Origin: Eubacteriales bacterium
GTDB taxonomy: Bacteria > Bacillota > Clostridia > Oscillospirales > CAG-382
Direction: 5' to 3'
Length of the DNA stretch: 64,000 nt
Assembly: GCA_045580005.1 (NCBI GenBank)
Contig: JAZNMZ010000009.1
Location: 21,154 to 85,153, forward strand
Each line of letters opens with the position of its first letter. Position 1 is the stretch's first letter. Made by a program: the position numbers and the translations under genes. Of the stretch, positions 44,803 to 56,070 are shown one piece after another. The notes below the pieces were generated by a model that worked only from the letters and a program-made list of their open reading frames with translations, had not been told where the DNA came from and did not search any database.

Positions 44803-46109
44803 TGTGCAGTACCCGCACCGACTATTTCAATCTCAACAGTGCGCGATGTATGATTCTTTAAGAAAATATTCTTTTTCCGAGTTGAAATAACAGCAAGATA
44901 TTGGTTGCTGTCGCCCACTCTCTCGTCTCCGTTCAGTTGTACCTCGACATCAATATCAGAAGCATGAATATTCTGAACTACTTCAGCAGGACCGCATACC
45001 ATAACACTCAGCTGTGTTTTGATATCGGCCGATACTCCGTCTTTGCTGCCTTTTATAGCAATGTCGCCGTTAGGGATAATAATCTCTTTTTCTGTGTAGC
45101 CGGGGATGGTAACAGTAACATCGCGCTTATCCTGCGCAGCATATGCCTGACCGGGTATAGAAAGTGCCGATTTAAGGTGAAGTATGCCCTCTATCTGAGT
45201 TTCATCTATTGGCTCGGTAGCGATATATTCAATATTGTTCAGAAGATCGGGATCGCCCTTGAGTATAATTGTTGGAGGAAGAATATTACATTCAATATAT
45301 TCTTCGTCAAAATACCCATGCTTATATTTTGCAACAATTGGAAACTCCTTTTCCATCGTAACAACAACCTCAACATCAAGCTCTGAAGGCTCAGTCTTAA
45401 TATACGGACTCGAGACAATTTCGCCGTTTGCGTCGACAAGCTCTATCTTCTGCCGTACTTTCACTGATTTTTCTATATTGTCAAGCTCAAGTGTAACCCT
45501 TGCCTTTTCAATCTTGTTGATATACTGTGTTGGTCCCTCAACAAGAATCTCAGGCACAGCAGGTCTGAGCTCATCTATTGACAGTTTTTCACTCTTGACA
45601 ATACCAGTATACTCAATGTCAATATCAGCAACAGCCTTGGTAATTGTTTTATCTACATAGACAACAAGACTGGCGGGATTCTTGACTATTACGCTGGCGT
45701 TGGAAACGGGACTGACATACACATCAAGCGTGTATGTTCCTGCTTTTGTAATATCAGATAAATCAACATACGCATAAAGATCCTGCGCCTTAATTTTGTT
45801 GATTTCGCTCCTCTTTCCCGAAAGAACAACCTCGGCATAAGCGCCATATCCAGACAAAACAGAAAGATTGTTTCCGATGTTTGAAGCGTTTTCAAGAGAA
45901 ATCGGAACGGTAAATGTGTTTTCGAATGTAGGCGATTCTGCGCCGATTACATAAAACCAGAGACAGATAGCCGCGAAGACACACATAATCTTTGCGCCAA
46001 GGTCGTTCATAAATCTGCGTGAAAACTTTGCGTCCTTGCTTTCGTTTGAAACCTTATAGCTCGGCTGCGAGCTGTTCTTACCAAAAAACTTTTTAATTCT
46101 TTCTATCAA
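44799..46109 (-). CDS. cdaR: YbbR-domain protein CdaR (diadenylate cyclase regulator)
   Basis: N-terminal transmembrane segment plus repeated YbbR-like beta domains. Translationally coupled downstream of cdaA. Confidence 0.75.
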   Translation of the reverse strand: MIERIKKFFGKNSSQPSYKVSNESKDAKFSRRFMNDLGAKIMCVFAAICLWFYVIGAESPTFENTFTVPISLENASNIGNNLSVLSGYGAYAEVVLSGKRSEINKIKAQDLYAYVDLSDITKAGTYTLDVYVSPVSNASVIVKNPASLVVYVDKTITKAVADIDIEYTGIVKSEKLSIDELRPAVPEILVEGPTQYINKIEKARVTLELDNIEKSVKVRQKIELVDANGEIVSSPYIKTEPSELDVEVVVTMEKEFPIVAKYKHGYFDEEYIECNILPPTIILKGDPDLLNNIEYIATEPIDETQIEGILHLKSALSIPGQAYAAQDKRDVTVTIPGYTEKEIIIPNGDIAIKGSKDGVSADIKTQLSVMVCGPAEVVQNIHASDIDVEVQLNGDERVGDSNQYLAVISTRKKNIFLKNHTSRTVEIEIVGAGTAQ

Positions 46110-46969
46110 AGCTCGTCACCGTCCTTTTCTACTATTTCAACACTTATATCACCGTTTTTCTGATTGTTTTCATCGTTAAGTAACAGTTCAACAAGCTCAT
46201 TTTTAAGACTTGTACTATCAAAATTCCTTGTCAGATGTCCATCAAGTGCTATAGATATTGTTCCTGTTTCCTCCGAAACAATAATTACAACAGCATCAGA
46301 ATTTTCACTCATACCGATACCCGCTCTGTGACGGGTACCAAGGTCCTTGATTATCTCAGAGTTCATCGAAAGGGGCAAAAAACAGCCAGCAGAGTAAAGA
46401 CGGTTATTTCTGATAATAAGTGCACCGTCATGCAAAGGCGCCTTATTGAAGAAAATATTCTTGATCATTGATGCACCCGGAAAAGCATCAATAACAGTTC
46501 CGGTTTTTATAACATCGCCCAGCTTTGTTGTGCGCTCAAAAATTATAAGTGCTCCGGTCTTTTCTGCCGAAAGGTCTGACACTGCAGAAACGACAGCGTC
46601 TATACAGTCGGATGTACGGGTATATGTATTTTCCTTTTTAAGGCTTTTCACAAAAAAGGACTGACCACCCATCTTCTCCAGGAACGAGCGAAGTTCGGAC
46701 TGAAATAGAATAATTACACCAATTATTCCCGCCTGAACTATGTTATCAATAAGAAAACTCAAAACCTGCATTCCAAAAAGGTTACTTATAACCATTACGA
46801 GAATAACAAAGAGAATGCCTATAGCGAGCTTACCTGCGCGTCTGTCGCGTACAAATCGGTATATATAATAAAAAATAACCGAAACAATGATTATATCAAG
46901 AACATCAAATACTCCGATATGAGATAGCTGTGTAAAGATTGTAGCTATTGCGTCAGATAAAACTTTCAC
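46106..46969 (-). CDS. cdaA: diadenylate cyclase CdaA
   Basis: Three transmembrane segments plus a DAC domain with DGALII and GTRHRAGIG motifs. Confidence 0.9.
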   Translation of the reverse strand: MKVLSDAIATIFTQLSHIGVFDVLDIIIVSVIFYYIYRFVRDRRAGKLAIGILFVILVMVISNLFGMQVLSFLIDNIVQAGIIGVIILFQSELRSFLEKMGGQSFFVKSLKKENTYTRTSDCIDAVVSAVSDLSAEKTGALIIFERTTKLGDVIKTGTVIDAFPGASMIKNIFFNKAPLHDGALIIRNNRLYSAGCFLPLSMNSEIIKDLGTRHRAGIGMSENSDAVVIIVSEETGTISIALDGHLTRNFDSTSLKNELVELLLNDENNQKNGDISVEIVEKDGDEL

Positions 46970-46972
46970 AGA

Positions 46973-47806
46973 TTATTCCTCCTTTACGAGTTTTGTGCTT
47001 ACCTCGCCTGTACGCAAAATCCCTGTTGTGCCGTTGTCATACTGTACATACAGTGAGGCGTTGTCATCGATTCCTATTGCTTTTGCTTTTATTTGCTCGT
47101 CGCCGCTGATAATGTAAATATCTTTTCCGATAAGTATTGAGCGCTGTCTGTACTCGTCAAGCATAAGCTCGTGACTCTTCTTATCTGTAACTGACAAGTA
47201 CTTTTCAAGATTGTTTATAATCTCTGCAGCAAGCTTGTTTCTGGAAAAATCAATTACGCAGAAATCTGAAATTGATGAGGCAATATCCCTGACATCGCTC
47301 GAGAAGTCAGACGGTTTTGTTGTAACATTTACCCCTATGCCGAGGACGATGTAGTCGCTCTTACCCTTGTTCACAACTCGCTCTGCAAGTATTCCGCATA
47401 CTTTTTTATCATCGCAGTAGATATCGTTAACCCACTTTATTCCTATATTTTCAAGTCCTGTAAGCTCCTTTAGCGCACTTGTGACAGCAAGAGCCGCGCG
47501 CACTGTTATGTAATCTGCATTCTTTGTATAAACACGATCTTTTAAAAGGATACTCATATAAAGACCGCCGTTTGGTGAAATAAACACCTTTCCAAGTCTG
47601 CCGCGTCCTGCATGCTGAGTCTCGGAAATCATTACGAAACCGTTATCGAGCACTTCTGCATTATCTTTTATGTACTGGTTTGTCGAACCGATAACCCGAA
47701 CAACACCGATTGTCGAGCCCAACGACTCCGTATTAAGATAAGACGAAATACCTGCTATTGACAAAGGAACTTTTGCTAACGGTCTGTGTCTTTTGCTTGC
47801 TGTCAT
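46973..47806 (-). CDS. birA: biotin--[acetyl-CoA-carboxylase] ligase
   Basis: GRGRLGKVF.SP.GGLYMS motif. No obvious N-terminal HTH domain. Confidence 0.85.
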   Translation of the reverse strand: MTASKRHRPLAKVPLSIAGISSYLNTESLGSTIGVVRVIGSTNQYIKDNAEVLDNGFVMISETQHAGRGRLGKVFISPNGGLYMSILLKDRVYTKNADYITVRAALAVTSALKELTGLENIGIKWVNDIYCDDKKVCGILAERVVNKGKSDYIVLGIGVNVTTKPSDFSSDVRDIASSISDFCVIDFSRNKLAAEIINNLEKYLSVTDKKSHELMLDEYRQRSILIGKDIYIISGDEQIKAKAIGIDDNASLYVQYDNGTTGILRTGEVSTKLVKEE

Positions 47807-47839
47807 ATTTTCACCTCACTGTAAAAACTATATATGGGA

Positions 47840-49003
47840 CTATACTCCCGGGATGTTCATATCAAAATCAATAATTCTAGAGAGTATGAAGTTTGAAACA
47901 TACATTCCCTCGGGAGAAAATGCGTAGCCCTTTTTTGTTCGGATAACATGTCCCGAATTTATATATGGTCTGAGTTTCTGATAGTAAACAGAGTCAAAAT
48001 CTCTGCCAAAAAGTTTGTAAAACTGCTCACAATCTATACCGTCGCTGAGTCTGAATCTCAGCATTACATATTCTGCAATCCTTGCCGAATGCGGAATGTC
48101 GATTATCTCATCAACAATGCTCTCGGAGGATATGCCTTTGAAAGAATCTATATAGAGCTTTATGTCCTTTTTAAAGGAGAATCTCTTGCCTGCAAAATAT
48201 GAGTGCGCTGACGGGCCTATTCCAAGATATTCATCGCTGTTCCAATACTTGAAATTGTGTCTGCAATACTTATTTTTCTTAGCAAAATTAGAAATCTCGT
48301 AGTGATGATAGCCATTAGCAATCATAATCTGCCTTGAGGCAAAGTACATCTCGCTTTCGCTGTCCTCGTCAGGCAGGTTAAGAGTGTTTCTCATCTCAAA
48401 AAAAGGAGTCCCCTCTTCTATCTTAAGTCCGTAAAACGAAATGTGTTCGGCTCCCAGCTTGAATGCATAGTTAAGACTTTGAACAAGTGATGCCATGTTT
48501 TGTCCTGGAAGTCCAAACATAATATCAAGATTTATATTGTCAAAGCCAGCTTTTCTCGCTAGAGCGAACGCCCTTACCGAATCGGCAGCCGAATGTATTC
48601 TTCCGCAGACCTTGAGGTCATCGTTTACAAAGCTCTGTACGCCGAGGCTGAGTCTGTTGATTCCAACCTTTTTGTAAAGCTTTAGTTTCTTTTCGTCCAG
48701 AGTACCGGGGTTTGCTTCTATTGTCACCTCAGCACTTTTTACGACATTGAAGTCAGAATATATTCGTTTAAAAAGCGCCGCAGTCTGCTTTTCGCCGAGA
48801 AGTGACGGTGTTCCTCCTCCGATAAACACAGTGTCAACTGCATAGTTTGAAGCCTGGGACTTATATTCGTCAAGCTGAAGCATAAGCGCATTTAGATATT
48901 CCTGTTTAGTAAGCTCGCCCACTGCAGGCAAAGAATAGAAATCGCAGTAACTGCACTTCCTTGCGCAAAAAGGAATATGGATATAAAGTCCGAGCTTTTT
49001 CAT
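47840..49003 (-). CDS. hemW: radical SAM heme chaperone HemW
   Basis: YIHIPFCARKCSYCDF, HemN-like. Classical position downstream of lepA. ATG at 49003 with AGAAAGGA upstream. Confidence 0.85.
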   Translation of the reverse strand: MKKLGLYIHIPFCARKCSYCDFYSLPAVGELTKQEYLNALMLQLDEYKSQASNYAVDTVFIGGGTPSLLGEKQTAALFKRIYSDFNVVKSAEVTIEANPGTLDEKKLKLYKKVGINRLSLGVQSFVNDDLKVCGRIHSAADSVRAFALARKAGFDNINLDIMFGLPGQNMASLVQSLNYAFKLGAEHISFYGLKIEEGTPFFEMRNTLNLPDEDSESEMYFASRQIMIANGYHHYEISNFAKKNKYCRHNFKYWNSDEYLGIGPSAHSYFAGKRFSFKKDIKLYIDSFKGISSESIVDEIIDIPHSARIAEYVMLRFRLSDGIDCEQFYKLFGRDFDSVYYQKLRPYINSGHVIRTKKGYAFSPEGMYVSNFILSRIIDFDMNIPGV

Positions 49004-49027
49004 ATTTATGCAATCCTTTCTCAAAAA

Positions 49028-50836
49028 TTAGTCTTCATCAAACTTGAGCACCGCCATAAATGCTTCCTGGGGCACCTCTACGCTTCCGAGAGAGCGCATG
49101 CGCTTTTTACCCTCTTTCTGCTTTTCAAGCAGCTTCTTCTTTCTAGTAATATCGCCGCCGTAGCACTTTGCGAGAACATCCTTACGCAGAGCTCTTACTG
49201 TTTCTCTTGCGATAATCTTGGAGCCTATTGCCGCCTGAACGGGGATTTCAAAAAGCTGACGCGGAATATTTTCCTTTAGCTTTTCAACAATCTTACGCGC
49301 TCTGCCGTATGCCTTGTCGGTATGAACGATAAACGACAGTGCATCAACCATATCTCCGTTGAGAAGAATGTCGAGCTTTACAAGCGACGACTGGCGGTAT
49401 CCGGCAAGCTCATAATCAAGTGAAGCATATCCTTTGCTTCTCGATTTGAGTGCGTCAAAGAAATCATAAACTATCTCGTTAAGCGGAAGTGTGTAGTGAA
49501 GCTCAGCGCGCGTAGAGTCAAGATACTTCATATCCTTATACTCGCCGCGTCTGTCTTGACAAAGCTCCATAATACTGCCCACATACTCGGTAGGCGTGAT
49601 AATGCTTGCCTTAACAATAGGCTCGCTTACATACTCACACGAGTCAGATCCAGGGAAATTAGCAGGATTGTCAATAAAATATTCACTTCCGTCGTGCTTT
49701 GTGACTTTATAAATAACGCTTGGAGCTGTCGTGATAAGATCAAGATTGAATTCTCTCTCTAGGCGTTCCTCAATAACCTCCATGTGCAAGAGTCCCAAAA
49801 ATCCGCATCTGAAGCCAAAGCCGAGAGCTGTTGATGTTTCAGGTTCAAATATCAGCGATGCATCGTTGAGACAGAGCTTTTCAAGTGCGTCTCTGAGATC
49901 ACCGTATCGTGCGCCGTCTGCAGGATATATACCGCTGAAAACAACCGGCAAAGCCTGCTTGAAGCCCGCCAAAGGCTCGTCGCAAGGATTGGTATCAAGA
50001 GTGACTGTGTCGCCAACTCTTGTATCAGATACTGTCTTGATTGCGGCAGTTATATATCCAACTTCACCTGCCGAAATGCTGTCAGCCTTTTCAAGACCGA
50101 AAGGTCTTAGATATCCAACCTCGTTTACCTCGTAGGTAATGCCGTTTGACATGAGACGAATAACATCCCCTGAGCGCACCTTACCATCAAATATTCTGAT
50201 ATATACAACAACACCCCTGTATGAGTCGTAGTATGAATCAAATATGAGGGCTCTGAGTGGCTTTGCAGTGTCTCCCTTGGGCGCAGGGATGCTCTTTACG
50301 ACCTGTTCGAGCACTTTATCTATATTTACACCCGCTTTTGCAGAAACACAAGGAGCTTCGTCTGCAGGGATGCCGACTATATCCTCAATATCGTTCTTGA
50401 CTCTCTCGGGGTCGGCAGACGGCAGGTCAATCTTGTTGATAACCGGAACAATCTCAAGGTCGTTGTCAAAAGCAAGATATGCGTTTGCCATAGTCTGAGC
50501 CTCAACACCCTGTGTCGCATCAACAACCAACAATGCACCCTCGCACGCCTGAAGCGAACGCGATACCTCATAATTGAAGTCGACATGACCGGGAGTGTCA
50601 ATAAGATTAAAGGTATATTCCTTGCCCTCATAAGTATAGTTGAGCTTTACTGCACGAGCCTTGATAGTAATGCCTCTTTCTCTCTCAAGGTCCATATTGT
50701 CGAGAAGCTGTGCTTCCATTTCTCTCTTCTGTACGGTATCTGTAAGCTCAAGTATCCTGTCGGCAAGAGTAGACTTACCGTGATCTATATGAGCAATTAT
50801 ACAAAAGTTTCTGATATGCGATAGTTCGTTTGACAT
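49028..50836 (-). CDS. lepA: translation elongation factor 4
   Basis: [32 protein letters not shown] and the LepA-specific C-terminal domain. Confidence 0.95.
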   Translation of the reverse strand: MSNELSHIRNFCIIAHIDHGKSTLADRILELTDTVQKREMEAQLLDNMDLERERGITIKARAVKLNYTYEGKEYTFNLIDTPGHVDFNYEVSRSLQACEGALLVVDATQGVEAQTMANAYLAFDNDLEIVPVINKIDLPSADPERVKNDIEDIVGIPADEAPCVSAKAGVNIDKVLEQVVKSIPAPKGDTAKPLRALIFDSYYDSYRGVVVYIRIFDGKVRSGDVIRLMSNGITYEVNEVGYLRPFGLEKADSISAGEVGYITAAIKTVSDTRVGDTVTLDTNPCDEPLAGFKQALPVVFSGIYPADGARYGDLRDALEKLCLNDASLIFEPETSTALGFGFRCGFLGLLHMEVIEERLEREFNLDLITTAPSVIYKVTKHDGSEYFIDNPANFPGSDSCEYVSEPIVKASIITPTEYVGSIMELCQDRRGEYKDMKYLDSTRAELHYTLPLNEIVYDFFDALKSRSKGYASLDYELAGYRQSSLVKLDILLNGDMVDALSFIVHTDKAYGRARKIVEKLKENIPRQLFEIPVQAAIGSKIIARETVRALRKDVLAKCYGGDITRKKKLLEKQKEGKKRMRSLGSVEVPQEAFMAVLKFDED

Positions 50837-51012
50837 AAATTTAGCCTTTCGTAAGGAGTGATAGTGCTCAAGTATCGGCTGAAAGAAAAATAGTAATACT
50901 TCTCATGATAGCCTATGATCTTGTATCTATATAATTATATAACAAAACACTCGTATAATCAAGAGAAATATGCAAAATTTAAGCAATATTTTTATATTTT
51001 TTTATATTTCTA

Positions 51013-51041
51013 TTGAATAGATGTCTATTTTGATTTATAAT
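51013..51041 (+). promoter_or_regulatory. sigma-A-type promoter candidate
   Basis: TTGAAT, 17-nt spacer, TATAAT upstream of the cysteine desulfurase gene. Confidence 0.5.
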
Positions 51042-51082
51042 ATAGTAAGTAAAGATAAAAAACGACAAAACAAGGAACACAG

Positions 51083-52228
51083 ATGGAAAAAATATACTAT
51101 TTTGACAATGCAGCCACAACAAAGGTGTCAGACTCCGCAGCGAGCGAAGCTGTGCGTATTATGACGGAATTGTACGGAAATCCGTCATCTGTTCACGATT
51201 TCGGATACGAAGCCGAAAAGGTTCTCAAATCCTCAAGAAAGATACTGCTCGAAACGATAGGTTCTGACGACAGAAAAGACGACTTTATATTCACTTCAGG
51301 TGGTACTGAGGCAAACAATCTTGCAATCCTCGGCACGCTCAAATTAAGACAACGCTTGGGCAAGACAGTAATATTTTCAGATTCCGAGCATGCATCGGTC
51401 TATACCCTGTCAAGAAAGCTCGCAGATAGCGGCTACACAGTTAAGTATATCCCCACCAAGGGCGGTGCGCTTGACTTTGATTTTTGCGAGCAGGAATTTA
51501 ACGATGATGTCGTGCTTATATCATGTATGTATGTCAACAACGAAACAGGCGCAAAATACGACCTGAAAAAGTTAAACCAATATCGCCAGAGACTCTGTCC
51601 CGAAGCAATTTTTCATTCAGACTGCGTGCAGGCGTTTACAAAAGTAAAGGATCCTCTTTGCGAAACCGGCGCAGACCTCATCTCTGTCAGCGGTCACAAA
51701 ATTCACGCTCCAAAGGGCGTCGGCGGACTTTATATCAAATCAGGGGTGCGTATTTCAAATATCATCTACGGCGGCGGCCAGGAAAAGAATATCCGCTCAG
51801 GCACAGAAGCCCTTCCCCTCATTGCTGCCTTTTCAAAGGCTGTTAAGGAAACAGACACTTCCGCCAACTACTCATATGTCGAAAAACTGAGGGAATACCT
51901 TTTAAACTCTGTTGCAAGAAAGCTACCTGAGCTTACGGTTAATATACCTGCAGATTCTTCCCCATATGTTGTTTCTCTCACACTTCCCGCCATAAAAAGC
52001 GAGGTTATGCTCAGACACCTGTCAAGCAAAAACATCTATATTTCCGCAGGCTCAGCCTGCTCGTCAAAGCACCGCGAGAACAGGGTTCTCGCAGCATACG
52101 GATTGAACACAAAACAAGCCGACACCACTGTCAGAATCAGTTTTTCCGAATATAATACAAAAGATGAAATTGATATTCTGACAGAGGAAATACGAATCGG
52201 CACAGACACTCTTGTCTCTATGAAATAA
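51083..52228 (+). CDS. cysteine desulfurase (NifS/IscS class V aminotransferase)
   Basis: PLP-lysine motif SGHKIHAPKGVG and active-site loop SAGSACSS. Confidence 0.85.
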   Translation: MEKIYYFDNAATTKVSDSAASEAVRIMTELYGNPSSVHDFGYEAEKVLKSSRKILLETIGSDDRKDDFIFTSGGTEANNLAILGTLKLRQRLGKTVIFSDSEHASVYTLSRKLADSGYTVKYIPTKGGALDFDFCEQEFNDDVVLISCMYVNNETGAKYDLKKLNQYRQRLCPEAIFHSDCVQAFTKVKDPLCETGADLISVSGHKIHAPKGVGGLYIKSGVRISNIIYGGGQEKNIRSGTEALPLIAAFSKAVKETDTSANYSYVEKLREYLLNSVARKLPELTVNIPADSSPYVVSLTLPAIKSEVMLRHLSSKNIYISAGSACSSKHRENRVLAAYGLNTKQADTTVRISFSEYNTKDEIDILTEEIRIGTDTLVSMK

Positions 52229-52249
52229 CAGCTACTTTGGGAGAAAATC

Positions 52250-53737
52250 ATGAACATACAAGGCATAAAAACAGTTTTATCAGATGAACTTATCAGAGAA
52301 TGCATAAAGCAAAACTCCGAAATCTCTCACCTTGCCTATGACTCTAGAAAAGCGGAGAGAGACGGAGCATTTGTCTGTCTCAAGGGCGCCCTCAGCGATG
52401 GCCACAAGTATATCTTAAACTGCGCCGAAAAGGGCGTTTCACTCATTGTAATGCAGGACGAAAAGATATATGAGCAATGGCTGAAAGACGATCGTGAATT
52501 CAGCATACTTCTCGTAAAAGATACAAGAAAAGCTCTTGCGCTGATCTCGGCAGCGTTCTTCGGATATCCTGCCAAAAATCTCTTTGTAATAGGCCTTACA
52601 GGCACTAAAGGAAAAACAAGCACAACCTTTATGACAAAAGCCATTCTTGAGAGGAGTGGAAAGAAAGTCGGAATTATAGGAACAACCGGAATATATTACG
52701 CTAACAAATACGAATATATTGACAACTCCACTCCTGAGAGCTATGAGATACACAGACTCTTTTCGTGCATGATCGAGGAGGGGGTCGACACTGTACTTAT
52801 AGAAGTTTCCTCGCAGGCGCTCATGATGCACAGAACATACGGAATTAGCTTTGATATAGGCGTTTTCACCAATCTATCCCCAGACCATATCGGAGAAAAC
52901 GAGCACTCAAGCTTTGAGGAATACAAGGAGTGTAAGGGCATTCTTTTTACTCAAAGTAAAAAAGCAATCATAAATGACGATTCAAACTATATTGACTATT
53001 ATAAAAGTATTATAGACAACAGCGGAATTGAATGTATAACCTATTCAGCAAAGAATAAAAATGCGGATTTTTATGCCTATAACATACGATTTGAAATGAC
53101 CCCTGAGCTTTCGACAAGATTTAACATCAAAGGCTATGGTGAGATGTTTACAAATGTGCCGGGAGAATTTTCTGTATACAACTGCCTTGTTTCAACTGCA
53201 ATCGCGCTCTGCTGCGGGGCACCTTTTACTGATGCAGTAAAAGCTCTCAGCGATGTTCATGTTTTTGGCAGGGTCGAGCCTGTAAAACATCCGAAATGCT
53301 CTTTTTCGGTACTTATAGACTATGCTCACAATGCGCTGAGTCTTGAAAGTCTATACAAATCGATTATGATTTACTCTCCCAAAAACATATATTGCGTTTT
53401 CGGCTGCGGTGGTAACCGTTCCAAGCTCAGACGCTATGACATGGGAGAGATATCAGGTAAATATGCAACATTGTCTGTTCTCACCTCTGACAACCCAAGA
53501 ACAGAAACGGTGGAGGCTATTATTGATGACATACTGGTCGGAATGAACAAGTCAGGCGGCAAGTATACCGTTATCAAAGACCGACGCGAAGCAATCAGAT
53601 ACGCGCTGTCTATTTCGAACCCAGGCGATATTGTGCTGATTGTAGGAAAAGGTAATCAGCTTTATGAAGAAATCGGACATGAAAAAATATATTTCAACGA
53701 ACGAGAGGTTGTAAAAGAGTATTTTGATGAGCGATAA
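52250..53737 (+). CDS. murE: UDP-N-acetylmuramoyl-L-alanyl-D-glutamate--2,6-diaminopimelate ligase
   Basis: GLTGTKGKTST P-loop and the DNPR motif (SDNPRTE) associated with meso-DAP specificity. Confidence 0.85.
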   Translation: MNIQGIKTVLSDELIRECIKQNSEISHLAYDSRKAERDGAFVCLKGALSDGHKYILNCAEKGVSLIVMQDEKIYEQWLKDDREFSILLVKDTRKALALISAAFFGYPAKNLFVIGLTGTKGKTSTTFMTKAILERSGKKVGIIGTTGIYYANKYEYIDNSTPESYEIHRLFSCMIEEGVDTVLIEVSSQALMMHRTYGISFDIGVFTNLSPDHIGENEHSSFEEYKECKGILFTQSKKAIINDDSNYIDYYKSIIDNSGIECITYSAKNKNADFYAYNIRFEMTPELSTRFNIKGYGEMFTNVPGEFSVYNCLVSTAIALCCGAPFTDAVKALSDVHVFGRVEPVKHPKCSFSVLIDYAHNALSLESLYKSIMIYSPKNIYCVFGCGGNRSKLRRYDMGEISGKYATLSVLTSDNPRTETVEAIIDDILVGMNKSGGKYTVIKDRREAIRYALSISNPGDIVLIVGKGNQLYEEIGHEKIYFNEREVVKEYFDER

Positions 53738-54743
53738 AAACAAGTACAGCAAGTTTAACAAGCTTCTTTTCCCTGTCACATTACTTGACAACAAAGGAAA
53801 AATAATTTACAAAAACAGCGTTGCCTCAAAATACAAATGCTTCAGAATAGGAGTAAGCGCCGACAGGGTTTTTACCCAAAACTCTTTAAAGGATTTTAAT
53901 AAGCTTCTTGAAGACGGTACATCCTGTGTGCTTTTGTGCAATTCCAAGTCCTATCTCACATACGCTGTTGCCTTCAGATATGATAAAGACGCCTTTGCTG
54001 TCTTTTATATTATGAATTCTACCATATACAGAAGTATTATGAATGTGTATAAGGATGCATCTGCGTTACATATAAAATCCATTAACGACAGTGTTATAAA
54101 AATGTACCGCGAGATGTGCGACAATATAGATGACAATACGCTTCAGAAGACTGACAGAATTCTCAAAATCAACTCGCTGAAGTTTGAGCGGGCAAACAGG
54201 CACTTCAGCATAATTATCAACTCACTCACAAAACTTATCACAGATTATTCGCTTGTAAACATAAACAAGATTACAACAGAGATCATAGCGTACATAGACG
54301 AAACGGTGGCATCCCAGGGATACAAAGCAAATACAAGGTACTCTTCCGGTGATTTGCTCACAAGGCTTGACAAGGAAACTTTTATCTGCACATTCCTGAC
54401 ACTTGTAACTCTTTCGATGAAACTGTCAAAGGACGGCACAGTAAATATAGCCATATTTGAGCGTGACTACAACATTTGCTTTTCCTTAAGATTTGATTGC
54501 GCAAATCTTGAAGAGGGAAAGATATTGTATAAAGACGAATTCTATTTTCTACAGCGCGTTGCGACAGTAAACGACTGGATGTTCCTTGATGCTGAATACA
54601 TTCATGACAAGCTCGCTGAAATAGTGCTTGTAATACCTATAAGGCACTCAGTCCATCAGGTCTTTCTTAAGGCACCTACACCCGACACTCCTGATGCAAT
54701 GATAGCAGAAATAATAAATGAAGAGCTTTCGATTCTTTTGTAA
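53727..54743 (+). CDS. hypothetical protein
   Basis: 338-aa ORF overlapping the murE stop. No motif recognised. Confidence 0.4.
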   Translation: MSDKNKYSKFNKLLFPVTLLDNKGKIIYKNSVASKYKCFRIGVSADRVFTQNSLKDFNKLLEDGTSCVLLCNSKSYLTYAVAFRYDKDAFAVFYIMNSTIYRSIMNVYKDASALHIKSINDSVIKMYREMCDNIDDNTLQKTDRILKINSLKFERANRHFSIIINSLTKLITDYSLVNINKITTEIIAYIDETVASQGYKANTRYSSGDLLTRLDKETFICTFLTLVTLSMKLSKDGTVNIAIFERDYNICFSLRFDCANLEEGKILYKDEFYFLQRVATVNDWMFLDAEYIHDKLAEIVLVIPIRHSVHQVFLKAPTPDTPDAMIAEIINEELSILL

Positions 54744-54750
54744 AAAAAGA

Positions 54751-54790
54751 AAAAATAGCTGTAACCCTGGCGGTTACAGCTATTTTTATT
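54751..54790. terminator. bidirectional terminator between convergent genes
   Basis: AAAAATAGCTGTAACC / GGTTACAGCTATTTTT, a 16-bp stem with a 5-nt loop. Confidence 0.75.
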
Positions 54791-54792
54791 AC

Positions 54793-56049
54793 TTATCTCT
54801 TAATGAGAACATCTCTTTCGTATGCACGAACACTATCAAGCCACTTTTCGCGTGTGGGAACTCCCATTGTTTCGCAATAGTAATCCCAAACAGCGCCGAA
54901 CGGATATGACTTATATTCTTCTGTAAGAGCAAGTCTTGTTGTATAGTCGAACTCATACTCAGCCTTCTTGAGAAGGTCGATAGGCTCAAGCATAGCTTTG
55001 AGGAGCGCTTTCTGAGTGTTTCTTGAACCAATTACCCATGCAGCAACACGGTTAATACTTGCGTCAAAGAAGTCAAGAGCGATATTTACGCGGTTTTCAA
55101 AATTGTTGCGGATGATTTCCTGACCGATAGCCATAAGCTCGTCGTCGAGAATAACAACATGGTCGCTGTCCCAACGCATAGGACGAGAAACATGGAGAAG
55201 TATTTCATCAGCGAAAAGAAGCATAGAAGAAATTTTATTCGAGATAACTTCTGTAGGATGGAAGTGTCCTGCGTCAAGACATACCATAACATCGGGATTC
55301 TTCATTCCATATCCCATATAAAACTCGTGAGAACCCACTGTGAATGCTTCTACACCTACTGCGAACACCTTTGATTCAACTGCGTCCTTTGTGTATTTAG
55401 GATCGAGCTTCTTAGCTTCAATCTTGTTGAGCGAGTCGAGAAGTCTTGCGCGGGGAGCTACCTTGTCAAAGCAGTTGTCCTTGTATCCGTCAGGAACCCA
55501 GATGTTGTTCACAGAACGCACACCTGTACGCTTGCCGAGATACTCGGAAACCTCACGGCTGCGGATGCAGTGGTCAATCCAGAACTGACGAATTCCCTCA
55601 TCGGGATGAGAAAGTGTGAGGCCGTCAGAGCTCTTTGGATGGGAGAAGCATGTGGGATTGAAGTCAAGACCGATTTTCTGATCAACAGCCCAATCTGCCC
55701 AGTTAGAGAAGCACTCGGGTGTGATAGAATCCCTGTCGGCCTTGAGACTCTTAGGTTCGCTATAGAAAGCATGAATATTAGCTTTCTTGGGACCGGGGAT
55801 AAGAGAGAAAGCAAAACTCATATCAGCTCTGAGCTGATCGGGAGTCTTAGCTGCTCCGGGATAGTTACCTGTTACCGCAAGGCCGCCGTCGAGAGAACCG
55901 TCAAGATTTTCAAATCCTCTTACATCGTCGCCCTGCCAGCAGTGGATAGAAATCGGAATTTCCTTGAGTCTTGCGATTGCCGCATCAGTGTCTACGCCAA
56001 TCTGTGCGTACTGCTCACGCGCAAGCTCGTATGATTTTTCAATAGACAT
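54793..56049 (-). CDS. rhaA: L-rhamnose isomerase
   Basis: Collinear with E. coli RhaA as recalled: HCWQGDDV.GFE, GNYPG, LDAGHFHPTE, VSRP.RWDSDHVV and DFFDASINR.AAWVIG.RN. Confidence 0.95.
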   Translation of the reverse strand: MSIEKSYELAREQYAQIGVDTDAAIARLKEIPISIHCWQGDDVRGFENLDGSLDGGLAVTGNYPGAAKTPDQLRADMSFAFSLIPGPKKANIHAFYSEPKSLKADRDSITPECFSNWADWAVDQKIGLDFNPTCFSHPKSSDGLTLSHPDEGIRQFWIDHCIRSREVSEYLGKRTGVRSVNNIWVPDGYKDNCFDKVAPRARLLDSLNKIEAKKLDPKYTKDAVESKVFAVGVEAFTVGSHEFYMGYGMKNPDVMVCLDAGHFHPTEVISNKISSMLLFADEILLHVSRPMRWDSDHVVILDDELMAIGQEIIRNNFENRVNIALDFFDASINRVAAWVIGSRNTQKALLKAMLEPIDLLKKAEYEFDYTTRLALTEEYKSYPFGAVWDYYCETMGVPTREKWLDSVRAYERDVLIKR

Positions 56050-56070
56050 TCTTTTTCTCCTTTTTATGTA

